A stretch of DNA of 44,292 bases from Candidatus Sediminicultor quintus (GTDB lineage: Bacteria > Atribacterota > Phoenicimicrobiia > Phoenicimicrobiales > Phoenicimicrobiaceae), in the NCBI GenBank assembly GCA_001773955.1, contig MEYH01000048.1, positions 13,787 to 58,078 on the forward strand, written 5' to 3'. The notes under the pieces were generated by a model. That model ran no database searches. It worked only from the letters and a program-made list of their open reading frames with translations, and was not told the origin of the DNA. This document shows positions 21,417-28,927 of this stretch, one piece after another. The stretch's first letter is position 1, and each line of letters starts with the position of its first letter. The position numbers were made by a program, and so were the translations under genes.

Positions 21417-22151
21417 TTATCTTTTTTTAAAGAGATTAAAAAATTTATCCTGATAATGTTCGAATAATCCCCAATTATCCAGTTCTTCTTTTAATTCAAC
21501 CGGCTCCAGTTCTCCTTTTTCCACTAATTTAAATAATATTTCTATTTCTTCTCGGGCAGCTACCGGGACACCATATCTATCTTTAGAGATGATAGCTTGA
21601 CCAATCTGGTTTACGCCTATAAACCCTCTTCTTCTAAAATCAGGTACCTGAGCAGTATAAACACTTCTAACCATCATATCTAAAATAAACTTCGAGAGAG
21701 ATACGTCCCATAGACCGGCTACACCCTTAATAACAGCACAAAGGGTATCTCCTTTTTTATCAATCTCATGGTTAATATTTTCTGCTACGGTTAACAAAGG
21801 ACCGGAAACGAAATTCATTTCATCAAGTTCTTTGTTAACTTTAAATTTATAAAGAATTCCCGCTAAATCAGGATATTGACTGGTCAGTATTTCAAAAGCC
21901 TTTTTAGCTTCACCGCTAAATCCCTCTATCCTAAACATATAAGAAGGGGTAAGTAATTTGGGTTGATACCAGCTTACTTTTCCTTCCCGAACCACAGTTT
22001 CTAAATTATCTTTGGTAAATTCAGAATATACTGGTTCAGTTAGAACATAATAATGAATGACCGAGGAACCAAAAGTAGATATTAGTTGTTTAGGTCTTCT
22101 TAATATTTCAGTATGTTCAAAGGCATGCCTTATTTTTTCATCTATATTCAT
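21417..22151 (-). CDS. hypothetical protein, 244 aa, no recognised domain
   Basis: Long ORF with an AGGAG SD 5 nt upstream of the ATG. No TM segment, no Cys/His motif, and no family I can name. Confidence 0.7.
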   Translation of the reverse strand: MNIDEKIRHAFEHTEILRRPKQLISTFGSSVIHYYVLTEPVYSEFTKDNLETVVREGKVSWYQPKLLTPSYMFRIEGFSGEAKKAFEILTSQYPDLAGILYKFKVNKELDEMNFVSGPLLTVAENINHEIDKKGDTLCAVIKGVAGLWDVSLSKFILDMMVRSVYTAQVPDFRRRGFIGVNQIGQAIISKDRYGVPVAAREEIEILFKLVEKGELEPVELKEELDNWGLFEHYQDKFFNLFKKR

Positions 22152-22206
22152 TTTTACTCCTGCTTAATTCGAAAAAATATTTAATTCTTTTTCTATTTCT
22201 TTATCC

Positions 22207-22290
22207 AATACGAAATACGCTATACGAGTTTTTTATAATTCCTGTTTTATATTATCTTTTATCTTTACGAGATACGATTACGAGATACTT
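22207..22290 (+). repeat. two short heptamer patches (AATACGA family; TACGAGA family)
   Basis: AATACGA AATACGC TATACGA (22207-22227). TACGAGA TACGAT TACGAGA TACTT (22266-22290). Confidence 0.7.
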
Positions 22291-22336
22291 ATTGCTGTTC
22301 TGATTTCTGTATCATATCTTCCTATTTTCATTTCTT

Positions 22337-22372
22337 TACTATTCACTATTCACTAACGACTATTCACTATTT
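22337..22372 (-). repeat. reverse-complement TAGTGAA/TAGTCGT array
   Basis: TTCACTA TTCACTA ACGACTA TTCACTA (22342-22369). Confidence 0.9.
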
Positions 22373-22382
22373 TATAATCAAC

Positions 22383-22411
22383 ATGACAAAAAAAATATTT
22401 TAATATATAAT
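22383..22411 (+). promoter_or_regulatory. candidate promoter for the RNase H fusion gene
   Basis: ATGACA, 17 nt, TATAAT. Confidence 0.45.
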
Positions 22412-22469
22412 AGTACTACGTATTATTTTACTACAAAAAATATAATTTTACCATAGGAAGTGGCTGATT

Positions 22470-24119
22470 ATGTCCAAAGTATTAATGAAAGTTGACGGTG
22501 CCTGTTATCCCAACCCAGGGAATATGGCAATTGGGATAGTGATTTATAAAGATGGGAAATTATTTAAAAAAATAAGTGAGGCCATCGGTTATGGAACCAA
22601 TAATGTTGCTGAATATAAAGCCTTAATTAGAGGATTGGAAGAGGTAAAAGAAATAAACCCTGAGAGGGTGGATATATATTGTGATAGCCAACTACTGGTT
22701 AAACAATTAAATAAAAAGTACAAAGTTAGGAATAAAGGGATAGTCCCACTATTTATTCGGGTTGAAGAAATTATTCGAACTATTCCAGGGAAAGTATATT
22801 TCATCTGGAATAGAAGAGATGACAATACCATGGCCGATGGCCTGGCTAAAAGAGCTCTGACTGAAGAAGAAATAAGCAAGAGGGAACAGTCTGTTAAAGA
22901 TTTAAAGGTAGAACAAAAAGATGATTATTTTTTAGTAAGTAGTTCAAAGCCGGGAAAATATTATAAGGTTGATATAAATATTCCTCAGTGCGAATGTATA
23001 GATTTTTTAAGAAGAGCTCGAAAATTAAAACTCGAGTGTAAGCATATAATGGCAGTTCGGAATTTTTTGCAAGAATCGGGAAGAAAAAGAGAGACCAAGA
23101 ATAGGCCAGAGATGAAAATTTTGATATTAAGCAAGATGGTGAAACCTCAAGTATGGGAAAAGGTATTTGATGAATTAAATGAAAAGGCAAAACTTAATTT
23201 AGAGTTTATTATATCTAAAAAAGATGAAAGGGAAACTATTGAAAAATATCTCAAAGAAGTTGAAGCGGTAATAGGAGGAACTTTTAGTAAAGAAGATCTT
23301 GAACAGGCCAAGAAATTAAAATTAATTCAAATTCCTTTTGCCGGGGTAGATAAATTAGATTTTAGTTTGTATAAAAATTATCCAGATATATTTATTTGTA
23401 ATATCCATACCAATAAGTTTGCAGTTGCCGAACACGCCTTTGCTCTTATTTTAGCTTTGGCTAAAAATATTGTTATTAACGACAGAGATTTAAGATTGGG
23501 TAAATGGCATGGCTTTCCAGCCAAAGAGCCTACAGTTCAACTTCAGGGGAAAAGTTTGGGAATAGTAGGTTTGGGATCAATTGGATGGGAGATTGCTAAA
23601 ATTGGTCATACCTTAGGCATGAAAGTGTTTGCTTTAAAAAGGAAGATAGAAGAGAGGGATTTAAAAAAGAAAAATATTTTGGAATTTTTGGGAGAGAAAA
23701 AAGATTTGGCAGAAGTGATTAAAGAATCAGACTTTATTGTGGCAGCTGTTCCTCTGACTAAGGAAACCAGGGGATTAATTGGAAAGGAAGAGCTAAAGTT
23801 AATGAAGGGAAAATATCTTATAAATATTTCCCGAGGTGTGGTGATAGACGAGGAAGCTTTATTTAAATCTTTAAAAGAAGGTAATCTTACTGGAGCAGCA
23901 ATAGATACCTGGTATCAATATCCTTCTTCGGAACAGAGAGAAGTGTTACCCAGTAAATATGATTTTAATAAATTAGCTAATGTAGTGATGAGTCCTCATA
24001 CAGCAGGCTATACTGATAGAGCATTAGAAGAAAATATAAAGTCTGTTTTTGATAATATAGTGAAGATTTATTACGGGGAAGAACCAGAAAGTAGAATAGA
24101 TCCTGAATTGGAATATTGA
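22470..24119 (+). CDS. three-domain fusion: RNase H (type 1, RVT_3-like) + SWIM zinc finger + D-isomer 2-hydroxyacid dehydrogenase
   Basis: RNase H (aa 1-135): DEDD residues in VDGAC, NNVAEY, CDSQL, MADGLA. SWIM (aa 174-192): CEC-x13-CKH. Dehydrogenase (aa 215-549): GKSLGIVGLGSIGWEIAK Rossmann motif, NISRG, SPHTAG. Confidence 0.85.
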   Translation: MSKVLMKVDGACYPNPGNMAIGIVIYKDGKLFKKISEAIGYGTNNVAEYKALIRGLEEVKEINPERVDIYCDSQLLVKQLNKKYKVRNKGIVPLFIRVEEIIRTIPGKVYFIWNRRDDNTMADGLAKRALTEEEISKREQSVKDLKVEQKDDYFLVSSSKPGKYYKVDINIPQCECIDFLRRARKLKLECKHIMAVRNFLQESGRKRETKNRPEMKILILSKMVKPQVWEKVFDELNEKAKLNLEFIISKKDERETIEKYLKEVEAVIGGTFSKEDLEQAKKLKLIQIPFAGVDKLDFSLYKNYPDIFICNIHTNKFAVAEHAFALILALAKNIVINDRDLRLGKWHGFPAKEPTVQLQGKSLGIVGLGSIGWEIAKIGHTLGMKVFALKRKIEERDLKKKNILEFLGEKKDLAEVIKESDFIVAAVPLTKETRGLIGKEELKLMKGKYLINISRGVVIDEEALFKSLKEGNLTGAAIDTWYQYPSSEQREVLPSKYDFNKLANVVMSPHTAGYTDRALEENIKSVFDNIVKIYYGEEPESRIDPELEY

Positions 24120-24135
24120 TGATATTCTAATTCTA

Positions 24136-24186
24136 AGCTAAAAACTTAAAGCGAAAAGCGCAAAACCATAATTCAAAATTTAAAAC
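24136..24186 (-). repeat. element B copy, reverse orientation
   Basis: Reverse complement reads GTTTTAAATTTTGAATTATGGTTTTGCGCTTTTCGCTTTAAGTTTTTAGCT. Confidence 0.7.
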
Positions 24187-24217
24187 ATTTTTCGTATAAA
24201 GTATATTATTATCGTAT

Positions 24218-24250
24218 AAAGGGGCAGATAAATCCGCCCCTTTATGTTTT
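24218..24250. terminator. intrinsic terminator between convergent genes, likely bidirectional
   Basis: AAAGGGGCAGA TAAA TCCGCCCCTTT (10 of 11 positions paired), followed by TTTATGTTTT. An A-rich stretch on the other side gives a U-tract for hflC transcripts. Confidence 0.75.
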
Positions 24251-24263
24251 GGTAATTATTTTT

Positions 24264-24286
24264 GGGCGTATGCAATACGCCCCTAC
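24264..24286 (-). repeat. REP-like hairpin ending CCCCTAC
   Basis: GGGCGTAT GCA ATACGCCC CTAC. Confidence 0.8.
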
Positions 24287-24293
24287 TTCTTTC

Positions 24294-24330
24294 CTAACTA
24301 TTCACTATTCACTAACGACTATTCACTATT
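24294..24330 (-). repeat. TAGTGAA/TAGTCGT array in the sense of hflC, abutting its stop codon
   Basis: TTCACTA TTCACTA ACGACTA TTCACTA TT on the plus strand. The hflC stop complement TTA is at 24331-24333. Confidence 0.9.
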
Positions 24331-25182
24331 TTAGGGTCTATTCAAGTATTTCAAAAATTCAGAATCAGTAGAAAGCAAGATCGTAGTTTTTTCTTTAAAA
24401 GTTTTTCTATAAGCTTCTAAAGTTCTATAAAACTTATAAAATTCAGGATCTTGATTGAAACTTTCGGCATAGATTTTGACAGACTCTGCCTCTCCTTCAC
24501 CTTTTAAAATCTGGGCAGATTTGTAAGCTTCTGCTAAAATAACGGTTTTCTCTCTTTCGGTTTCGGCAATAATTTTCGCTGATTCTTCTTCTCCTTCAGC
24601 TCGGTACTGTTTAGCTATGCGCTCTCTTTCTGCTTTCATTCTATCAAAGATATATTTTTCATTTTCGGGAGGTAAATCTACCCGTTTAATCCTTACATCT
24701 ACAATTTGTATTCCATAAGTATTGGCTTTTTCATTACTTATCTCGGTGACTCTTTTCATAATACCTTCTCTTTTTTCCGAAACTATTTCGCTCATATTGT
24801 ATAATCCTAAGTCAACTCTCAATTCGGAATAAATGATATCATCTAATCTTACCTGGGCGCCATTTAAATCTCGAACTGTTTGTAAAAACTTTAAAGGATC
24901 GATAATTTTCCAACGAGCATAATTATCCACAATGAGAGTCTTTTTATCTTTAGTAATGATTTCGGTCGGGGCAGAATCGTAAGTTAATAGTCGATCTTCA
25001 AAAAATACTACATTCTGAATGAAGGGAACTTTCCAGTTTAAACCGGACTCTTTAATCTCTCTTATTGGTTTACCAAATTGTAATACAATAGCTTGTTTAG
25101 TTTCGTCAACAATAAATAAACTTAAATTAGCTAAGAATAAGATTACTACAATAAGTATTATTAATAGCGTTCCTTTTTTCAT
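24331..25182 (-). CDS. hflC: SPFH/band-7 protease modulator HflC
   Basis: N-terminal TM helix, SPFH domain, coiled-coil AERERIAKQYRAEGEE. One-nt TAATG overlap with hflK. Confidence 0.9.
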   Translation of the reverse strand: MKKGTLLIILIVVILFLANLSLFIVDETKQAIVLQFGKPIREIKESGLNWKVPFIQNVVFFEDRLLTYDSAPTEIITKDKKTLIVDNYARWKIIDPLKFLQTVRDLNGAQVRLDDIIYSELRVDLGLYNMSEIVSEKREGIMKRVTEISNEKANTYGIQIVDVRIKRVDLPPENEKYIFDRMKAERERIAKQYRAEGEEESAKIIAETEREKTVILAEAYKSAQILKGEGEAESVKIYAESFNQDPEFYKFYRTLEAYRKTFKEKTTILLSTDSEFLKYLNRP

Positions 25183-26201
25183 TACTTGGTCACCTCCTGG
25201 GAAGGGGCAGTTAGGATACTTGAATCACCTAAAGGCAATAAATTTATTAAAGATTGATTTTCCTTTAAATCGACTATTACTTTATTCATGTTCGGTAAAA
25301 TTTCTTCCATAGTTTCCAGATAGAGACGAGCCTGAGTTATATATTCACCTTTTTTATATTCAGTTAAAATATTATTGAATTTTGCAACATCACCCTCCGC
25401 TTTTTTTATTCTTTCGATTTTATAACCTTCTGCTTCTTTAGTCATTTGTACTGCTTCCCCGCGAGCTTTGGGGATTAGATCATTTTCATATCCTTGAGCT
25501 TGATTTATATACTTACTCTTGTCTTCTTTTGCACTGGCTACATCTTTAAAGGCTTCTTGTACTTCTTTAGGGGGGTTAACATCTTGTAATTGAACTGCCA
25601 CTACGAAGATTCCTGATTTATACGAATCTAAAAGATCTTGAAGTAATTTTTTTGTTTCCTCTTGTATTTCATATTTTCCTACCGTAAGCGCATCATCAAT
25701 TTTTCTTCCTCCGATTACCTGTCTTAAGCTTGCTTCAGCAGCATTTCTGACTGTCTCTTCGGGTAAAATAATATTAAAGAGATAGCTAACCGGGTCCTTT
25801 ATTTTGTATTGCACAATCGCATCTGCGCTGACAATATTTTCATCACCGGTAAGCATTAATGCTTCATCTGGTATTTCTTGGTAGCGGGTAATTTGACCAG
25901 TAACAATAGAACGAAACCCTATTTCGATTCTTTTTACCTGAGTGACGGCTGGAGTAACTACTGTTTCCAGGGGATAGGGTAAGTGATAATTAAGCCCCGG
26001 ACTTTCTATGCGGACAAATTTACCAAATCTTCTAATCACTCCTTGCTCATCAGGCGCAACTACAAAAATACCAGTAGAAAGATAAGCAACAATCAATATC
26101 GCCAAGATAATAGTTAATAATGTTTTACTGAATTTTAATTTTGGTATTTTTTGGGCAAGATTAATAATCTTCTCTTTTTCCTCATCATAATAATCTGGCA
26201 T
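25182..26201 (-). CDS. hflK: SPFH/band-7 protease modulator HflK
   Basis: TM helix then VVAPDEQGVIRRFGKF SPFH domain. AAAGGAGGA SD upstream. Confidence 0.9.
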   Translation of the reverse strand: MPDYYDEEKEKIINLAQKIPKLKFSKTLLTIILAILIVAYLSTGIFVVAPDEQGVIRRFGKFVRIESPGLNYHLPYPLETVVTPAVTQVKRIEIGFRSIVTGQITRYQEIPDEALMLTGDENIVSADAIVQYKIKDPVSYLFNIILPEETVRNAAEASLRQVIGGRKIDDALTVGKYEIQEETKKLLQDLLDSYKSGIFVVAVQLQDVNPPKEVQEAFKDVASAKEDKSKYINQAQGYENDLIPKARGEAVQMTKEAEGYKIERIKKAEGDVAKFNNILTEYKKGEYITQARLYLETMEEILPNMNKVIVDLKENQSLINLLPLGDSSILTAPSQEVTK

Positions 26202-26237
26202 GATAATTTCCTCCTTTAATTAATATTTGTTATTAAA

Positions 26238-26266
26238 ACTATAACATTAATTCGGATTATTCTCAA
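26238..26266 (-). promoter_or_regulatory. candidate promoter for hflKC
   Basis: On the minus strand: TTGAGA, 17 nt, TATAGT. The -35 overlaps one arm of the inverted repeat ATTCTCAAAT (26259-26268) / ATTTGAGAAT (26340-26349). Confidence 0.45.
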
Positions 26267-26282
26267 ATTTATTATATAGTAT

Positions 26283-26326
26283 TAGTAAAGAGAGAAGAGT
26301 AAAGAGAAAAATGTCTGAAAAATAAA
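26283..26326 (+). repeat. purine-rich module D (TAGTAAAGAGAGAAGAGTAAAGAGAAAAATGTCTGAAAAATAAAA)
   Basis: About 85 percent identical by eye to 28732-28776. Shorter AGTAAAGAAAA versions follow arrays at 32733, 35794 and 44254. Confidence 0.6.
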
Positions 26327-26454
26327 AAAAACTTTCAAGATTTGAGAATCTAGTAAAAGGAATGGGAGCCGTTAAAAATGTTTATTAATTATCCGCTTAA
26401 TATTTTTTTTCAGTTGAACAGTTTCTTCCTTAACTAAATACTACATACTCGATA

Positions 26455-26609
26455 CTAGTAGAGCGTTTCTTTAATAATGTTACAATGATTTGTCATTGCG
26501 AGCGATAGCGAAGCAATCTCAAGCCTTATAAATAAAGGGATTGCTTCGTCGCTTTGCTCCTCGCAATGATAGAACAAAATGTAAAGATATTTAGAGAACG
26601 CTTTACTAG
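26455..26609. repeat. 155-bp MITE-like palindromic element (outer arms CTAGTAGAGCG...CGCT(T/G)TACTAG, inner GTCATTGCGAG...CTCGCAATGA)
   Basis: Near-identical second copy at 36561-36716. No coding capacity. Confidence 0.9.
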
Positions 26610-26630
26610 GTACTAGATACTAAATTGCCC

Positions 26631-26659
26631 TTGAAAAGAAAATTCAAACAGTTTATAAT
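26631..26659 (+). promoter_or_regulatory. candidate promoter for fba-pfk
   Basis: TTGAAA, 17 nt, TATAAT. Gives a leader of about 130 nt. Confidence 0.5.
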
Positions 26660-26795
26660 AAATAAAATTTCGTATAATTGGTGTTAATCCAAAAAGTAAA
26701 CATAATGATAACCAAAATGATAACGATAAATGAATTATTGTAATAGGTAATTAATAAATATAGATTAAAAAAATGAATGAAGGGAGAAATCAAAG

Positions 26796-27665
26796 ATGGC
26801 TTTTGTAACCACTAAAGAAATGTTAAAAGATGCTCAGAAAGGAAGATACGGTATTGGTGCATTTAATGCCAATAATATGGAGATTATTCAGGCAATAATA
26901 GAAACTGCCGAGGAAGAAAAAGCGCCGGTGATTTTACAGGCTTCTCAGGGAGCTATAAAATATGCGGGGTTAGATACTATTGTAGCTATGGTTAAAGTCA
27001 TGGCTGAAAAAGTAAAAGTACCAATAGCTTTACATTTAGATCACGGTACAGATTATTACCAAAATATAAAATGTTTAAGAGCAGGGTTTACCTCTCTAAT
27101 GTATGACGGGTCAAAATTACCATTCAACGAAAATGTTGATATGACTAAAAAAGTAGTGGAGATGGCTCATGCCTGTGAAATTCCGGTAGAGGCAGAATTA
27201 GGCCGGATAGGTACTATGGGAGACAGTGATGAACCCGGGGTGGCTTTGGAGAAAGTAAAAGAGAGTATGGCTGTTCCGGAGGAAGCTGCAAAATTTGTAG
27301 AGTTGACCGGAATTGATTCTCTTGCTGCTGCCGTGGGGACAATTCATGGATGTCGTACTCCTTTTGCAAAGTTAGATATCCCCCGCATCGAGAAAATAAG
27401 AGAATTAACCGGAGTTCCTTTGGTTTTACATGGTGCCTCCGGAGTGAATGATGATGAGGTCAGAAAAGGCATTACTGCCGGAATATGCAAGATAAATATA
27501 GATACCCGCATTAGAATGATTTTTACCAAAAAGATGAAAGAGATACTTGAAGAAAACCCAAACCAGATTGACCCGCGTAAAATATTGGAACCAGCAAAAG
27601 ATGCAGCCAAAGAAATCATAAGAGATAGAATGAGAGTTTTTGGTTGTACTGGAAAGGCGCGATGA
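26796..27665 (+). CDS. fba: class II fructose-1,6-bisphosphate aldolase
   Basis: GAFNANN, HLDHG, LVLHGASG motifs. Confidence 0.92.
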   Translation: MAFVTTKEMLKDAQKGRYGIGAFNANNMEIIQAIIETAEEEKAPVILQASQGAIKYAGLDTIVAMVKVMAEKVKVPIALHLDHGTDYYQNIKCLRAGFTSLMYDGSKLPFNENVDMTKKVVEMAHACEIPVEAELGRIGTMGDSDEPGVALEKVKESMAVPEEAAKFVELTGIDSLAAAVGTIHGCRTPFAKLDIPRIEKIRELTGVPLVLHGASGVNDDEVRKGITAGICKINIDTRIRMIFTKKMKEILEENPNQIDPRKILEPAKDAAKEIIRDRMRVFGCTGKAR

Positions 27666-28699
27666 ATATGATTAAAAGAGTAGGCATTTTAACCGGTGGA
27701 GGAGATTGTTCCGGATTAAATCCAACTATCAGAGGTGCAGTTTACCGGGCTCAGGATTATAATTACGAAGTCTATGGCATTCAAGAAGGATGGAAGGGAT
27801 TGGTAAAGGGAAATCTAAGCCCCCTATCTTTAGAACAGGTGAAAGAAATTATTGATCAAGGTGGAACTATTTTAGGAACTTCAAGATTAAATCCTTATAA
27901 AATAGATAATGGTATTAAACAAGTTCTTGATTCAATAAAAAGGTTAAAATTAGATGCGGTAATAGCTATTGGCGGGGAAGATACTTTAGGAGTAGCTAAT
28001 AAATTATTTAAAGAGGAAAATATTAAATTGATTGGTGCTCCCAAGACTATGGATAATGATCTTAGCGGGACAGATTACACTTTTGGTTTCGATAGTTCAG
28101 TCACCCGGGCAATTGAGGCGATGCGAAGCCTTCAAGATAGTGGACGCTCTCATCGCAGAATAATGGTTTTAGAAGTAATGGGAAGACATGCCGGTTGGGT
28201 TGCTCTATTTACCGGTATGGCTTCTGGTACAGATTGGACTCTTATTCCTGAAGAAAAAACAGATATAAAGAAGATGTGTCAGCATTTAAAGGAGGTCTAT
28301 AAAAAGAATAAATATGCTTCTGTGGTAATATCGGAAGGAGTAACGCTTCCTGGCATAGATATAGAGAAGGAAAGCTTGGACCAATTTGGGCATATGATAT
28401 TACGTAATAGAGGAGTGGGAAATCTCCTGGCTGATTTAATTGAAAAGAATACCGGCATTGAAACTCGCCATGCAGTGATAGGTCATATTCAAAGAGGTGG
28501 TTCTCCTACACTTTTTGACCGCATTTTAGGTCTCAGGTGTGGAGTTACTGCCGTAGATCTGATTGCTCAAGGAAAATATGGTTATATGGCTGCTTTAAAA
28601 GGAAATGAAGTTATCGGTGTCCCTTTGGAAGAAGCAGTAAGTAAAATTAAAGTAGTCGATAAAAAATGGTGGGAATTAGCTCAAGTATTTTTTAAGTAA
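27662..28699 (+). CDS. pfk: 6-phosphofructokinase (ATP or PPi donor unresolved)
   Basis: GILTGGGDCSGLN, IGGEDTLGVA, PKTMDNDL. Start set to ATG 27662 (ATGA overlap with the fba stop, GGAAAGG SD) instead of 27644. Confidence 0.92.
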   Translation: MNMIKRVGILTGGGDCSGLNPTIRGAVYRAQDYNYEVYGIQEGWKGLVKGNLSPLSLEQVKEIIDQGGTILGTSRLNPYKIDNGIKQVLDSIKRLKLDAVIAIGGEDTLGVANKLFKEENIKLIGAPKTMDNDLSGTDYTFGFDSSVTRAIEAMRSLQDSGRSHRRIMVLEVMGRHAGWVALFTGMASGTDWTLIPEEKTDIKKMCQHLKEVYKKNKYASVVISEGVTLPGIDIEKESLDQFGHMILRNRGVGNLLADLIEKNTGIETRHAVIGHIQRGGSPTLFDRILGLRCGVTAVDLIAQGKYGYMAALKGNEVIGVPLEEAVSKIKVVDKKWWELAQVFFK

Positions 28700-28705
28700 A
28701 AAACC

Positions 28706-28733
28706 GTATCGAGTATATAGTATCGAGTATATA
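28706..28733 (+). repeat. GTATCGAGTATATA x2 (two heptamers per unit)
   Basis: Exact 14-mer duplication starting 7 nt after the pfk stop. Confidence 0.9.
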
Positions 28734-28776
28734 GTAAAGAGAGAAAAGCAAAGAGAAGAATGACTGAAAAGATAAA
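28732..28776 (+). repeat. purine-rich module D, second copy
   Basis: TAGTAAAGAGAGAAAAGCAAAGAGAAGAATGACTGAAAAGATAAAA. Confidence 0.6.
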
Positions 28777-28853
28777 ATATATTTGTCGAATGACAGTAAA
28801 ACTAATACAAAAATTATAATCCAAATTTATATAAAGTATTCTTTGTTTTTAAT

Positions 28854-28903
28854 ATATACTCGGTACTCGATACTCGATACTATATACTGTTCTTACTCGA
28901 TAC
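28854..28903 (-). repeat. heptamer array ATATACT/CGATACT, complement of 28706-28733
   Basis: ATATACT CGGTACT CGATACT CGATACT ATATACT GTTCTTA CTCGATAC. Confidence 0.85.
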
Positions 28904-28927
28904 AAGATGTAGACTAGGGGGTTTATC

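Noticed and set aside
27644-27661. N-terminal extensions proposed by the ORF track for pfk (27644), the PPIase (13508), purB (3240) and ade (37053)
   Set aside because: Internal ATGs have better SD spacing and match the N-termini of homologues (MNMIKRVGILTGGGD, signal peptide MNKSMNIF, MIDRYS, MSLAEII).
26312-28820. Mini-ORFs starting at the ATG of module D (MSEK-stop at 26312, 19 codons at 28761), plus similar ATGs at 32768 and 41171
   Set aside because: Peptide sequences and lengths are not conserved between copies.
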